From contig CM082579.2 of NCBI GenBank assembly GCA_040954595.2, positions 16,158,550 through 16,222,549 of the forward strand: a stretch of 64,000 bases of DNA, written 5' to 3'. This stretch comes from Balanoglossus misakiensis (taxonomy: Eukaryota; Animalia; Hemichordata). The notes under the pieces were generated by a model that had not been told where the DNA came from, made no database searches, and was given only the letters and a program-made list of their open reading frames with translations. The translations under genes and the position numbers were made by a program. Below, piece by piece: positions 12,801 through 27,300 of this stretch; position 1 is the first letter of the stretch; every line of letters begins with the position of its first letter.

Positions 12801-13699
12801 TCAGTACTACTATGTTGGTCAAAAACTTTACCCCCCCCCCCCCCCCGACCCTATTAATAACATAAAAAAGTGTATATGGTTCAACCAGAGCTGAAAGTTA
12901 ACAACGCTACCATATTTTATAAAAACTGGTATGATAATGTTGTAATGTATATTTCGGATTTATTAGATTTTTCCGGTTCCATTTTATCTTTCCAAGATTT
13001 TAGTAACAGACATAATTTTTCACCAAACTTCATATGGGTTTAATCAACGCTTTTCCAAGATCACGGTTCAGAATGATTCAGCAACAAGGCTCTGTAAATA
13101 ATGACCACCCAAACATGTATTACACAAATAGATCCTGAAAAAAACCTACTCTATTTTACTTATAATAAGTTATTTTTGAAGAATAATCTTAAACCGATGT
13201 GATGTACGCAAAAATGGAAAGACCTCTTCGGGAATTTTGATTCGCAATTACACTATGCTTTACCATTTATTGTAACAAAGGATTCTACTTTGCGTAATTT
13301 TCAATTCAGAATTGCTAGTAGAATCTGTACTACAAATACATTTTTAAAGATAAGGGGGAAAATGCGATTCTGTGAAATGCACCTTCTGTGAAAATTATGA
13401 GGAAATCCTTATACATTTATTTTTCGAATGCGACTGTATTTTGTCTTTTTGGAAGGATGTAGAGTTGCAATTACAGACAAAGTGTAATATTGCCATTGAG
13501 CTGTCCCCTTTTGATGTTTTGGTGGGTATAAAATAGAATTTTCAAAGTAACCACACAAACGATGAGTGGTTAGCCCTGAATTACTTTATATTACTTTCAA
13601 AGAATTTTATCTTTAAATATAAATTTAAGCCAGTATTGCCAAACCTTCGCACATTTTTATCTTACCTCAATAATATACAAAAAATTGATACTTACCAAG
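9858..13699 (+). mobile_element. Composite insert copy 1: AT-rich ~380-bp repeat (9858-10435) fused to a decayed L1/Tx1 ORF2 fragment (~10436-13699)
   Basis: L1/Tx1 motifs across broken frames: VGDWNVV, GYRSDHS, EGEKPTKYF, KSPGTDGF, NWRRITLLN, LDFEMAFD, VRQGDPLSPYLF, QYADD, SGLRINYQKT, CTFCE..E...HLFFEC. Many stops and frameshifts, no tail. Flanked by a 44-bp duplication at 9814-9857 and 13700-13743. Confidence 0.9.
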
Positions 13700-16600
13700 A
13701 TGGCCAAAATGGCTATTTTTTCTTGAATTCCGTCAATATCTCTGCATTTTTGGAGTGGTCGAAAGTTTTAACATATAATCAACATGTCATATATGATCAG
13801 GGCACCAAATTCGAAGAACAAAGGTTTTTTTATTTTTTTTCTTCTAAAAATGACATTTTCAAGGAAAATTTGGTAAAACGCAATTTTGTCTGCAGTGAGC
13901 CAAATTAGACGGTCTTTTGTGGAATTTGTATCGATATATACATACGAAGAGCATTCTATACTCCATCAGATTTCCGAAAATGTAGAAAACAGGTATTTTT
14001 TGTAATTTTCAAAAATTTACCATTTTGACCAAATTGTGGCTAAAATTGTTATTTTCGTGTTGAATGCCGCCAGTGTCACTGCTTTTAAAAGTCATAAAAA
14101 CTTTAGACATACAAGCAATTGTTTATATATGATCAGGTCACCGAATTAAAAAAATAAAGAATGCTTTGCCTAAAAATGACCTTTTTGGTGCAAAAACGAA
14201 TAAAACGCAATTTTGTATTAAATTAGAGTGCATTTTTTATAATCAGCACCATGTTTACATATAATGGAAATTTCATACATCATCAGATATCCAAATATGA
14301 AAAAATGATTTAGATTTTAGATGATTGTCCAAAATTAGCTGATAACAGATAAATGTAGTATTAAACCGTTCTGTTCCCCCCCCCCCCCTACATTATATGC
14401 GGTACGCCGATGTCAGCTTACCCGGCAGTACTGCAGGCCGTGCCCCCAACTAACGTCGGTGTTTGAAACGCCCTGGTTAAATTCGAGCTTTCTCTATAAA
14501 TTGACAGGCAATAATGCAGTCCTACCCGAACAAATGTCGAGTGTTGACCCGCTGTGACTTTCCCTCTTCGGTTTGCCCGACTTAGCCAACGTCTTTGTAC
14601 TAGAGTGTCGGGTCTTTTGCAGAGCCAGGCCGAAGGAAATCCGACTTGATCACCGTTGCTAACGAACGCTAGTGTCTGTCATGGTGTGCCGGGGTTTTAG
14701 TCGAGCCAGGCCGTAGGAGATCTGACTTGATCATCGTGGTCAATGTACGCGTGTTTCCGCTCTAAAGTGCCGGGGCTTCAGCTAAACCAGGCCGTGGGAA
14801 ATCCGACGTAATCACCGTTGATAACTTACGCCAGTCTGTGTCATATAGAGCCGGTGCACCAGCCGAGTCACGCCGTAGGAAATCTGACTTGATCAACGTG
14901 GTCAATGTGTGCCTGTTTCTGCTCTAGAGTGCCGAGGCTTCAGCTGAGCCAGGCCGTAGGAAACCCGACGTGATTACCGTTGTTAACTTACGCCAGTCTG
15001 TGTCCTATATATAGTGCCGGGGCATCAGCCGTGCCAGGCCGAAGGAAATGTGAGTAGATCAACGTAGTCTCTGTACGCGTGTTTCTGCTCTAGAGTGCCA
15101 GGGCTTTAGCCAAGCCATGCCGTAGGAAATCTGACTTGATCAACGTTGCTTACTAACGCTAGTGTCTGTCATAGTGTGCCGGGGTTTTAGTCGAGCCAAG
15201 CCGTAGGAGATCAGACTTGATCAACGTGCTCTCTGTACGCGTGTTTCTGCTTTAGAGTGCCGGGGCTTTATCCAAGCCATGCCGTAGAAAATCTGACTTC
15301 ATCACCGTTGCTAACGTACGCTAGTGTGTGTCATATTGTGACGGAGATTTAGCCGAGCCAGGCCGTAGAAAAATCGACTTGTTCAACGTTACCAGTGTGC
15401 AACTGTTTCTGCTCTAGAGTGTCAGGGTTTTAGCCGACTTATGCTGTAGGAAATCTGAGTTGATGAACGGAAATTCAATGTTAGAAAACCCGTGTGGAAA
15501 GTATCTCTACCCGTTTGAAACTAAGAAAAGAATTTATTCTTATTTATTTTGTAAAAAAGACAATTTTTCGAAAAAAGTCGAAAATGGTAATTTTGTCTTG
15601 GGTGATTTAAATTATACCGCCTTTTCTTGAATTTGCAGCACTTTTTACAAGAGAACGACACTTCATGCTCCATAATATTTCCGAAAATGAAGAAAAGAGT
15701 TAATTTTTTATGATTTTTTAAAAATTTACCATTTTTGTCAAAATATGGCCAAAATTGCTATTTTTTCTTGAATTCCGTCAATATCTCTGCTTTTTTGGAG
15801 TGGTCGAAAGTTTTAACATACAATCAACATGTCATATATGATCAGGGCACCAAATTCGAAGAACAAAGGTTTTTTTATTTTTTTTTTTTTTAAATGACAT
15901 TTTCTAGGAAAATTTGGTAAAACGCAATTTTGTCTGCAGTGAGCCAAATTAGACGGTCTTTTGTGGAATTTGTATCGATATATACATACGAAGAGCATTC
16001 TATACTCCATCAGATTTCCGAAAATGTAGAAAACAGGTATTTTTTGTAATTTTCAAAAATTTACCATTTTGACCAAATGGTGGCTAAAATTGTTATTTTC
16101 GTGTTGAATGCCGCCAGTGTCACTGCTTTTAAAAGTCATAAAAGCTTTTAACATACAAGCAATTGTTTATATATGATCAGGTCACCGAATTAATAAAATA
16201 AAGGATGTTTTGCCTAAAAATGACCTTTTTGGTGCAAAAACGAATAAAACGCAATTTTGTATTAAATCAGCTCATTCAGAGTGCATTTTTTATAATCAGC
16301 ACCATGTTTACATATAATGGAAATTTCATACATCATCAGATATCCAAATATGAAAAAATGATTTAGATTTTAGATGATTGTCCAAAATTAGCTGATATCT
16401 AATAAATGTAGTATTGAACCGTTCTGTTTCCCCCCCCCCCCCTTACATTATATGCGGTACGCCGATGTGAGCTTACCCGGCAGTACTGCAGGCCGTGCCC
16501 CCAACTAACGTCGGTGTTTGAAGCGCCCTGGTTAAATTCGGGCTTTCTCTATAAATTGACAGGCAATAATGCAGTCCTACCCGAACAAATGTCGAGTGTT

Positions 16601-19600
16601 GACCCGTTGTGACTTTCCCTCTTCGGTTTGCCCGACTTAGCCAACGTCTTTGTACTAGAGTGTCGGGTCTTTTGCAGAGCCAGGCCGAAGGAAATCCGAC
16701 TTGATCACCGTTGCTAACGAACGCTAGTGTCTGTCATGGTGTGCCGGGGTTTTAGTCGAGCCAGGCCGTAGGAGATCTGACTTGATCATCGTGGTCAATG
16801 TACGCGTGTTTCCGCTCTAAAGTGCCGGGGCTTCAGCTAAACCAGGCCGTAGGAAATCCGACGTAATCACCGTTGATAACTTACGCCAGTCTGTGTCATA
16901 TAGAGCCGGTGCACCAGCCGAGTCACGCCGTAGGAAATCTGACTTGATCAACGTGGTCAATGTACGCGTGTTTCTGCTCTAGAGTGCCGGGGCTTCAGCT
17001 GAGCCAGGCCGTAGGAAACCCGACGTGATTACCGTTGTTAACTTACGCCAGTCTGTGTCCTATATATAGTGCCGGGGCATCAGCCGTGCCAGGCCGAAGG
17101 AAATGTGAGTAGATCAACGTGGTCTCTGTACGCGTGTTTCTGCTCTAGAGTGCCGGGGCTTTATCCAAGCCATGCCGTAGGAAATCTGACTTGATCACCG
17201 TTGCTAACGTACGCTAGTGTCTGTAATATTGTGACGGAGATTTAGCCGAGCCAGGCCGTAGAAAAATCGTTTTGTTCAACGTTACCAGTGTGCAACTGTT
17301 TCTGCTCTAGAGTGTCAGGGTTTTAGCCGACTTATGCTGTAGGAAATCTGAGTTGATGAACGGGAATTCAATGTTAGAAAACCCGTGTGGAAAGTATCTC
17401 TACCCGTTTGAAACTAAGAAAAGAATTTATTCTTATTTATTTTGTAAAAAATACAATTTTTCAAAAAAAAGTCGAAAATGGTAATTTTGTCTTGGGTGAT
17501 TCAAATTATACCACCTTTTCTGGAATTTGCAGCACTTTTTACAAGAGAACGACACTTCATGCTCCATAATATTTCCGAAAATGAAGAAAAGAGTTAATTT
17601 TTTATGATTTTTTAAAAATTTACCATTTTTGTCAAAATATGGCCAAAATGGCTATTTTTTCTTGAATTCCGTCAATATCTCTGCATTTTTGGAGTGGTCG
17701 TAAGTTTTAACATACAATCAACATGTCATATATGATCAGGGCACCAAATTCGAAGAACAAAGGTTTTTTTATTTTTTTTTTCTTCTAAAAATGACATTTT
17801 CAAGGAAAATTTGGTAAAACGCAATTTTGTCTGCAGTGAGCCAAATTAGACGGTCTTTTGTGGAATTTGTATCGATATATACATACGAAGAGCATTCTAT
17901 ACTCCATCAGATTTCCGAAAATGTATAAAACAGGTATTTTTTGTAATTTTCAAAAATTTACCATTTTGACCAAATTGTGGCTAAAATTGTTATTTTCGTG
18001 TTGAATGCCGCCAGTGTCACTGCTTTGAAAAGTCATCAAAACTTTTAACATACAAGCAATTGTTTATATATGATCAGGTCACCGAATTAAAAAAAATAAA
18101 GAATGTTTTGCCTAAAAATGACCTTTTTGGTGCAATAACGAATAAAACGCAATTTTGTATTAAATCAGCTCATTCAGAGTGCATTTTTTATAATCAGCAC
18201 CATTTTTACATATAATGGAAATTTCATACATCATCAGATATCCAAATATGAAAAAATGATTTAGATTTTAGATGATTGTCCAAAATTAGCTGATATCTAA
18301 TAAATGTAGTATTGAACCGTTCTGTTCCCCCCCCCCCCCCCTACATTATATGCGGTACGCCGATGTCAGCTTACCCGGCAGTACTGCAGGCCGTGCCCCC
18401 AACTAACGTCGGTGTTTGAAACGCCCTGGTTAAATTCGGGCTTTCTCTATAAATTGACAGGCAATAATGCAGTCCTACCCGAACAAATGTCAAGTGTTGA
18501 ACCGCTGTGACTTTCCCTCTTCGGTTTGCCCGACTTAGCCAACGTCTTTGTACTAGAGTGTCGGGTCTTTTGCAGAGCCAGGCCGAAGGAAATCCGACTT
18601 GATCACCGTTGCTAACGAACGCTAGTGTCTGTCATGGTGTGCCGGGGTTTTAGTCGAGCCAGGCCGTAGGAGATCTGACTTGATCATTGTGGTCAATGTA
18701 CGCGTGTTTCCGCTCTTAAGTGCCGGGGCTTCAGCTAAACCAGGCCGTAGGAAATCCGACGTAATCACCGTTGATAACTTACGCCAGTCTGTGTCATATA
18801 GAGCCGGTGCACCAGCCGAGTCACGCCGTAGGAAATCTGACTTGATCAACGTGGTCGATGTACGCCTGTTTCTGCTCTAGAGTGCCGGGGCTTCAGCTGA
18901 GCCAGGCCGTAGGAAACCCGACGTGATTACCGTTGTTAACTTACGCCAGTCTGTGTCCTATATATAGTGCCGGGGCATCAGCCGTGCCAGGCCGAAGGAA
19001 ATTTGAGTAGATTAACGTGGTCTCTGTACGCGTGTTTCTGCTCTAGAGTGCCAGGGTTTTAGCCAAGACAAGCCGTAGGAAATCTGACTTGATCAACGTT
19101 GCTAACGAACGCTAGTGTCTGTCATAGTGTGCCGGGGTTTTAGTCGAGCCAAGCCGTAGGAGATCAGACTTGATCAACGTGGTCTCTGTACGCGTGTTTC
19201 TGCTCTAGAGTGCCGGGGCTTTATCCAAGCCATGCCGTAGAAAATCTGACTTGATCACCGTTGCTAACGTACGCTAGTGTCTGTCATATTGTGACGGAGA
19301 TTTAGCCGAGCCAGGCCGTAGAAAAATCGACTTGTTCAACGTTACCAGTGTGCAACTGTTTCTGCTCTAGAGTGTCAGGGTTTAAGCCGACTTATGCTGT
19401 AGGAAATCTGAGTTGATGAACGGGAATTCAATGTTAGAAAACCCGTGTGGAAAGTATCTCCACCCGTTTGAAACTAAGAAAAGAATTTATTCTTATTTAT
19501 TTTGTAAAAAAGACAATTTTTCGAAAAAAAGTCGAAAATGGTAATTTTGTCTTGGGTGATTCAAATTATACCGCCTTTTCTGGAATTTGCAGCACTTTTT

Positions 19601-19743
19601 TCAAGAGAACGACACTTCATGCTCCATAATATTTCCGAAAATGAAGAAAAGAGTTAATTTTTTATGATTTTTTTTAAAATTTACCATTTTTGTCAAAATA
19701 TGGCCAAAATGGTTATTTTTTCTTGAATTCCGTCAATATCTCT

Positions 19744-22700
19744 TAGTCCGTGGGCTCGACGGGTCCACCGTGCACCCCCCCCCCATAAACCTACCACTTG
19801 GGTATTTTTTTGTTCTTTAGAACGTGCTGAACAAGAAAAAAGATGTTAACATTGAATATTTGGGTTGCACTACCCCTCCGGGGTGGTTTTTGAATGGTAT
19901 GTGCCGCTCAAAATGGCGAAAAATGGGTTGGGGTAGGGGGTACTATATTCTCACCTAAAAAAATAAAACTACCATGAAATTACATAAACCTCATATTTTT
20001 AGAAAGCTTAGATACTGCTCTTTACGGGAAGCACAAACTTTATTAAACAATATTTATGAATATTTAATTAGATGATTTTTAAATTAATTTTTTCGGCAAT
20101 TTTGAAAGTTTTCACTCAAAAGACAATGTTACAATTGTGATTTTCTTTTTGTGAAGCAAATTTTTGACAACGTTTTAGGTTTGGATTATTTAATTCTATA
20201 TATTAAACAAGAAAACAAATGTTAACATTAGTTATTTAACAATACAATACTTCTTTAGAGACAACTTTGAAATGCATGTATCCTATGGGATTACGCATGG
20301 TCTTGGGGTAGGGGGGTACTATATCCTCTCCTAAAAAAAATAAAACTAGCAAACAATTACATAAACCTTATATTTTTAGAAAGCTTAGACACTGCTCTTT
20401 ACGGGAAGCACAAACTTAATTATAAAAAAAATTATGAATATTTAATTATTAGATTTTTAAATTAATTTTTTCGGCAATTTTGAAAATATTCACCCCAAAG
20501 ACAACGCAACAATTGTGATTTTTTTTTTGTGAAGCAAATTTTTGACATCTTTGGGGGTTTGGATTATTGACTTCTATTTATTAAACAAGAAAACAAATGT
20601 TAACATTAGTTATATAACAATACAATACTTCTTTAGAGACAACTTTGAAATGCATGTATCCTATGGGATTACGCATGGTCTTCGGGTAGGGGGTACTATA
20701 TCCTCTCCTACAACAATAAAGCTAGCTTCAAAGTACATAAACCTTATATTTTTAGAAAGCTTAGACACTGCTCTTTACGGGAAGTGCAAATAGGAGTAAA
20801 ATTAATTTTTGATTATTTAATTATATGATTTTTAAATTATTTTCTTTGGCAATTTTGAAAATATTCATCCCCAAAGACAACGCAATGATTGTGATTTTGT
20901 TTTTGTTTTTGTGAAGCAAATTTTTGACAGCTTTTTGGGGTTTGGATTATTGACTTCTATATATACTAAACAAGAAAGGAAATGTTAACATTAGTTATTT
21001 AACAATAAAACACTTCTTTAGAGACAACTTTGAAATGTGTGTATCCTATGGGATTACGCATGGTCTTGGGGTAGGTGGTACTAGATTCTATATCGATTTG
21101 AAATGGCAGATCAATATGTTTGGTAATAATTCAGTTATTGCAGTTGGGGACTGGAATGTAGTGAGGGTTTTGATGCTGACACAGCTGGCCGCACTACAGA
21201 CTCTCACTCGGATGCAAGGCAACAAATTGATCTTCTCTGTGATGAGTATAATTTGATAGATATTTGGCGGATGATAAACGAGTCCTCGCGTACATTTACG
21301 TAGTTTAGGCGCAAAAGACTGGATTATTTTCTTATTACGCCTGAATTCGCTAATATGACCGCAACTGCAAATATTTGTGTCGGTTACCGGAGTGACCACT
21401 CTGCAATACGTCTCTCTCGGATGACAACTATTATGTGGACATTGTTAAAAACACAATTCGGGATACTAAGGATGAGTACAGACAGGAGGGAAGCTCTCAA
21501 GCTGGTCCCACTTTTACCATTTCGGATCAACTTTTCTTGGATACGTTGAAAATAAAAATTCGTGGAGTTACGATTTCGTATGCAACTAGGAATTTATTAG
21601 GGCCGAGAAACAGCTTGAAACGGAGAATATTTTACTAGAAACTCGTGTGAATGATCTATAAACGCCTGACATGTTAGATGAACTGCATGAAAAAAGAACA
21701 GTTGATAGCATACTGTCAAAAAAGTAGAAGGAAGTCGCGTACGTGCTCGGGCCAGGTGGTCTACAGAAGGGGAAAAACCTACTAAGTATTTTTGCTCTAT
21801 GGAAAAGAGACATTTCACCAATAAAGCCATCGGTCAGCTGTGCCTGAGTGTTGGCTCCACAATAACTGAGGACGAAGACATCCTTCGTGAACAATCTAAG
21901 TTTTACCGGAATCTATATGCGGCTACCAAAAACGTTGCTTGCAATATTGATCAGTTAGATAATTTTATGCAGCATGGAAATACTTTGCCTACTTTGAGTA
22001 CTGAGGAACGGGATTTTTTGGAAGGGGCCCTGTCTAAGCATGAATGTGGAGTAGTGTTGAAGTCAATAGCAAATAATAAGTCACCAGGAACAGACGGTTT
22101 TTCTGCCGAAATTTTTTTGGCCCGACATTGGTGTTTATATAGCCCGTGCAATTAATTCCGCCTACTCCTCAGGCGAAATGTCTATTTCTCAAAAGCGGGG
22201 AATTGTTACTTGTATCCCGAAACCCAACAAGAATAGATTTCACATGAAAAATTGGCGCCGTATTACATTGCTAAACACGGATGATAAGATTGCATCTGGT
22301 GTTATAGCAAACCGTATGAAACGGTTCTTGCCAAAAATTATTCACCCTGACTAGAAAGGTTTTTTGAGGAAAGGAAGGTATATTGGTGAAAATACACGTT
22401 TGATTGATGATGTATCGTTAACTTCAAGGATAGACAAGGTTTTCTTGTACTTCTAGACTTTGAAATGGCGTTTGACACGCTTTCTTGGGAATTTATCGAT
22501 AAAGCATTGAGAAAGTTTAATTTTTATCCCTCTTTCAGAAAATGGGTCAAAGTGTTTTATAAAAACACCACTAGTTGTGTTATAAATAACGGAAACTTTC
22601 CTGATTTTTTCCCCTCGAGAGAGGTGTTAGACAAGGTGATCCTCTATCACCGTACCTGTTTATCACCTGTGTTGAAAAACTTGCGCATGAAATCAAGGCC

Positions 22701-24341
22701 CATAGTAATATAGAAGGAATTACACTTAGAGATAAAAAAAAATTACTGGGGCAATACGCAGATGATATTTTTGTATATTTAGATGGTTCTGAAAGTTCTC
22801 TGAAAAATCTGTTTGCTACCTTGGGTTTCTTTACTTTTCTGTCGGGTTTGCGAATTAACTACCAAAAAACTAAATTGGTTTGGTTTGGCGCTAAATGCCA
22901 TTCACATGATATTTTGTTGCCAAACAAGAACTTATTATGGGTTGATGAACCGTTAACAGTTCTTGGTATTAACCTGAACGTTGATCTTGTTGGGCTCGAT
23001 ATGTTAAATTTTACACCAAAAGTAAGGGAAGTGTCCACACTGCTTACTAAGTGGTCATGGCGACCTGTGACCTTGTTTGGCAAGATTACAATAGCTAAAA
23101 CACTTGCTTTGTCAAAGTTTATTCATATTTTCTCATCCTTACCTCCCATGTCAGATAATCAAATATGTACACTTATTAGAGTTTTATCGGAATTCAAAAC
23201 CTGATAAAGTCAATAGATTAAGATTATGTTGTAATTGTGATGAGTGGGGTTTGCGAATGACCCATCTTCCCTCATTCGTTCAAGCAGTGCATGCTTCGTG
23301 GATTAACAGATTAATGTCCAATCAATATTCTCAGTGGATAGAAATGTTTAAACTGTGGGTATATCCCCTGCTATCTTACCCACTTCACCCCCGCTCAGGT
23401 CGTGGAGTTTGCCAGAAACAGATTTTCACGTCATAGCTTCTGGTACTCAGTACTACTATGTTGGTCAAAAACTTTACCCCCCCCCCCGACCCTATTAATA
23501 ACATAAAAAAGTGTATATGGTTCAACCAGAGCTGAAAGTTAACAACGCTACCATATTTTATAAAAACTGGTATGATAATGTTGTAATGTATTTTTCGGAT
23601 TTATTAGATTTTTCCGGTTCCATTTTATCTTTCCAAGATTTTAGTAACAGACATAATTTTTCACCAAACTTCATATGGGTTTAATCAACGCTTTTCCAAG
23701 ATCACGGTTCAGAATGATTCAGCAACAAGGCTCTGTAAATAATGACCACCCAAACATGTATTACACAAATAGATCCTGAAAAAAACCTACTCTATTTTAC
23801 TTATAATAAGTTATTTTTGAAGAATAATCTTAAACCGATGTGATGTACGCAAAAATGGAAAGACCTCTTCGGGAATTTTGATTCGCAATTACACTATGCT
23901 TTACCATTTATTGTAACAAAGGATTCTACTTTGCGTAATTTTCAATTCAGAATTGCTAGTAGAATCTGTACTACAAATACATTTTTAAAGATAAGGGGGA
24001 AAATGCGATTCTGTGAAATGCACCTTCTGTGAAAATTATGAGGAAATCCTTATACATTTATTTTTCGAATGCGACTGTATTTTGTCTTTTTGGAAGGATG
24101 TAGAGTTGCAATTACAGACAAAGTGTAATATTGCCATTGAGCTGTCCCCTTTTGATGTTTTGGTGGGTATAAAATAGAATTTTCAAAGTAACCACACAAA
24201 CGATGAGTGGTTAGCCCTGAATTACTTTATATTACTTTCAAAGAATTTTATCTTTAAATATAAATTTAAGCCAGTATTGCCAAACCTTCGCACATTTTTA
24301 TCTTACCTCAATAATATACAAAAAAATTGATACTTACCAAG
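19744..24341 (+). mobile_element. Composite insert copy 2 with the same junctions and two extra ~380-bp repeats
   Basis: Same breakpoints as copy 1 and the same 44-bp duplication (19700-19743 and 24342-24385). The L1/Tx1 part is offset by 10646 from copy 1 whereas the insert start is offset by 9886. Confidence 0.9.
19920..21081. repeat. ~380-bp AT-rich tandem repeat, about 3 copies
   Basis: GGGTAGG(G/T)GGTACTA...TTTTTAGAAAGCTTAGA.ACTGCTCTTTACGGGAAG recurs near 19930, 20305 and 20684, with a further start near 21068. Confidence 0.88.
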
Positions 24342-27300
24342 ATGGCCAAAATGGCTATTTTTTCTTGAATTCCGTCAATATCTCTGCATTTTTGGAGTGG
24401 TCGAAAGTTTTAACATATAATCAACATGTCATATATGATCAGGGCACCAAATTCGAAGAACAAAGGTTTTTTTATTTTTCTTCTTCTAAAAATGACATTT
24501 TCAAGGAAAATTTGGTAAAACGCAATTTTGTCTGCAGTGAGCCAAATTAGACGGTCTTTTGTGGAATTTGTATCGATATATACATACGAAGAGCATTCTA
24601 TACTCCATCAGATTTCCGAAAATGTAGAAAACAGGTATTTTTTATAATTTTCAAAAATTTACCATTTTGACCAAATTGTGGCTAAAATTGTTATTTTCGT
24701 GTTGAATGCCGCCAGTGTCACTGCTTTTAAAAGTCATAAAAACTTTAGACATACAAGCAATTGTTTATATATGATCAGGTCACCGAATTAAAAAAATAAA
24801 GAATGCTTTGCCTAAAAATGACCTTTTTGGTGCAAAAACGAATAAAACGCAATTTTGTATTAAATTAGAGTGCATTTTTAATAATCAGCACCATTTTTAC
24901 ATATAATGGAAATTTCATACATCATCAGATATCCAAATATGAAAAAATGATTTAGATTTTAGATGATTGTCCAAAATTAGCTGATAACAGATAAATGTAG
25001 TATTAAACCGTTCTGTTCCCCCCCCCCCTACATTATATGCGGTACGCCGATGTCAGCTTACCCGGCAGTACTGCAGGCCGTGCCCCCAACTAACGTCGGT
25101 GTTTGAAACGCCCTGGTTAAATTCGAGCTTTCTCTATAAATTGACAGGCAATAATGCAGTCCTACCCGAACAAATGTCGAGTGTTGACCCGCTGTGACTT
25201 TCCCTCTTCGGTTTGCCCGACTTAGCCAACGTCTTTGTACTAGAGTGTCGGGTCTTTTGCAGAGCCAGGCCGAAGGAAATCCGACTTGATCACCGTTGCT
25301 AACGAACGCTAGTGTCTGTCATGGTGTGCCGGGGTTTTAGTCGAGCCAGGCCGTAGGAGATCTGACTTGATCATCGTGGTCAATGTACGCGTGTTTCCGC
25401 TCTAAAGTGCCGGGGCTTCAGCTAAACCAGGCCGTAGGAAATCCGACGTAATCACTGTTGATAACTTACGCCAGTCTGTGTCATATAGAGCCGGTGCACC
25501 AGCCGAGTCACGCCGTAGGAAATCTGACTTTATCAACGTGGTCAATGTATGCCTGTTTCTGCTCTAGAGTGCCGGGGCTTCAGCTGAGCCAGGCCGTAGG
25601 AAACCCGACGTGATTACCGTTGTTAACTTACGCCAGTCTGTGTCCTATATATAGAGCCGGGGCATCAGCCGTGCCAGGCCGAAGGAAATGTGAGTAGATC
25701 AACGTGGTCTCTGTACGCGTGTTTCTGCTCTAGAGTGCCAGGGCTTTAGCCAAGCCATGCCGTAGGAAATCTGACTTGATCAACGTTGCTTACTAACGCT
25801 AGTGTCTGTCATAGTGTGCCGGGGTTTTAGTCGAGCCAAGCCGTAGGAGATCAGACTTGATCAACGTGCTCTCTGTACGCGTGTTTCTGCTTTAGAGTGC
25901 CGGGGCTTTATCCAAGCCATGCCGTAGAAAATCTGACTTCATCACCGTTGCTAACGTACGCTAGTGTCTGTCATATTGTGACGGAGATTTAGCCGAGCCA
26001 GGCCGTAGAAAAATCGACTTGTTCAACGTTACCAGTGTACAACTGTTTCTGCTCTAGAGTGTCAGGGTTTTAGCCGACTTATGCTGTAGGAAATCTGAGT
26101 TGATGAACGGGAATTCAATGTTAGAAAACCTGTGTGGAAAGTATCTCTACCCGTTTGAAACTAAGAAAAGAATTTATTCTTATTTATTTTGTAAAAAAGA
26201 CAATTTTTCGAAAAAAAGTCGAAAATGGTAATTTTGTCTTGGGTGATTTAAATTATACCGCCTTTTCTTGAATTTGCAGCACTTTTTACAAGAGAACGAC
26301 ACTTCATGCTCCATAATATTTCCGAAAATGAAGAAAAGAGTTAATTTTTTATGATTTTTTAAAAATTTACCATTTTTGTCAAAATATGGCCAAAATTGCT
26401 ATTTTTTCTTGAATTCCGTCAATATCTCTGCTTTTTTGGAGTGGTCGAAAGTTTTAACATACAATCAACATGTCATATATGATCAGGGCACCAAATTCGA
26501 AGAACAAAGGTTTTTTTATTTTATTTTTCTAAAAATGACATTTTCAAGGAAAATTTGGTAAAACGCAATTTTGTCTGCAGTGAGCCAAATTAGACGGTCT
26601 TTTGTGGAATTTGTATCGATATTAACATACGAAGAGCATTCCATACTCCATCAGATTTCCGAAAATGTAGAAAACAGGTATTTTATGTAATTTTCGAAAA
26701 TTTACCATTTTGACCAAATTGTGGCTAAAATTGTTATTTTCGTGTTGAATGCCGCCAGTGTCACTGCTTTTAAAAGTCATAAAAACTTTAAACATACAAG
26801 CAATTGTTTATATATGATCAGGTCACCGAATTAAAAAAATAAAGAATGCTTTGCCTAAAAATGACCTTTTTGGTGCAAAAACGAATAAAACGCAATTTTG
26901 TATTAAATTAGAGTGCATTTTTTATAATCAGCACCATGTTTACATATAATGGAAATTTCATACATCATCAGATATCCAAATATGAAAAAATGATTTAGAT
27001 TTTAGATGATTGTCCAAAATTAGCTGATAACAGATAAATGTAGTATTAAACCGTTCTGTTCCCCCCCCCCCCTACATTATATGCGGTACGCCGATGTCAG
27101 CTTACCCGGCAGTACTGCAGGCCGTGCCCCCAACTAACGTCGGTGTTTGAAACGCCCTGGTTAAATTCGAGCTTTCTCTATAAATTGACAGGCAATAATG
27201 CAGTCCTACCCGAACAAATGTCGAGTGTTGACCCGCTGTGACTTTCCCTCTTCGGTTTGCCCGACTTAGCCAACGTCTTTGTACTAGAGTGTCGGGTCTT

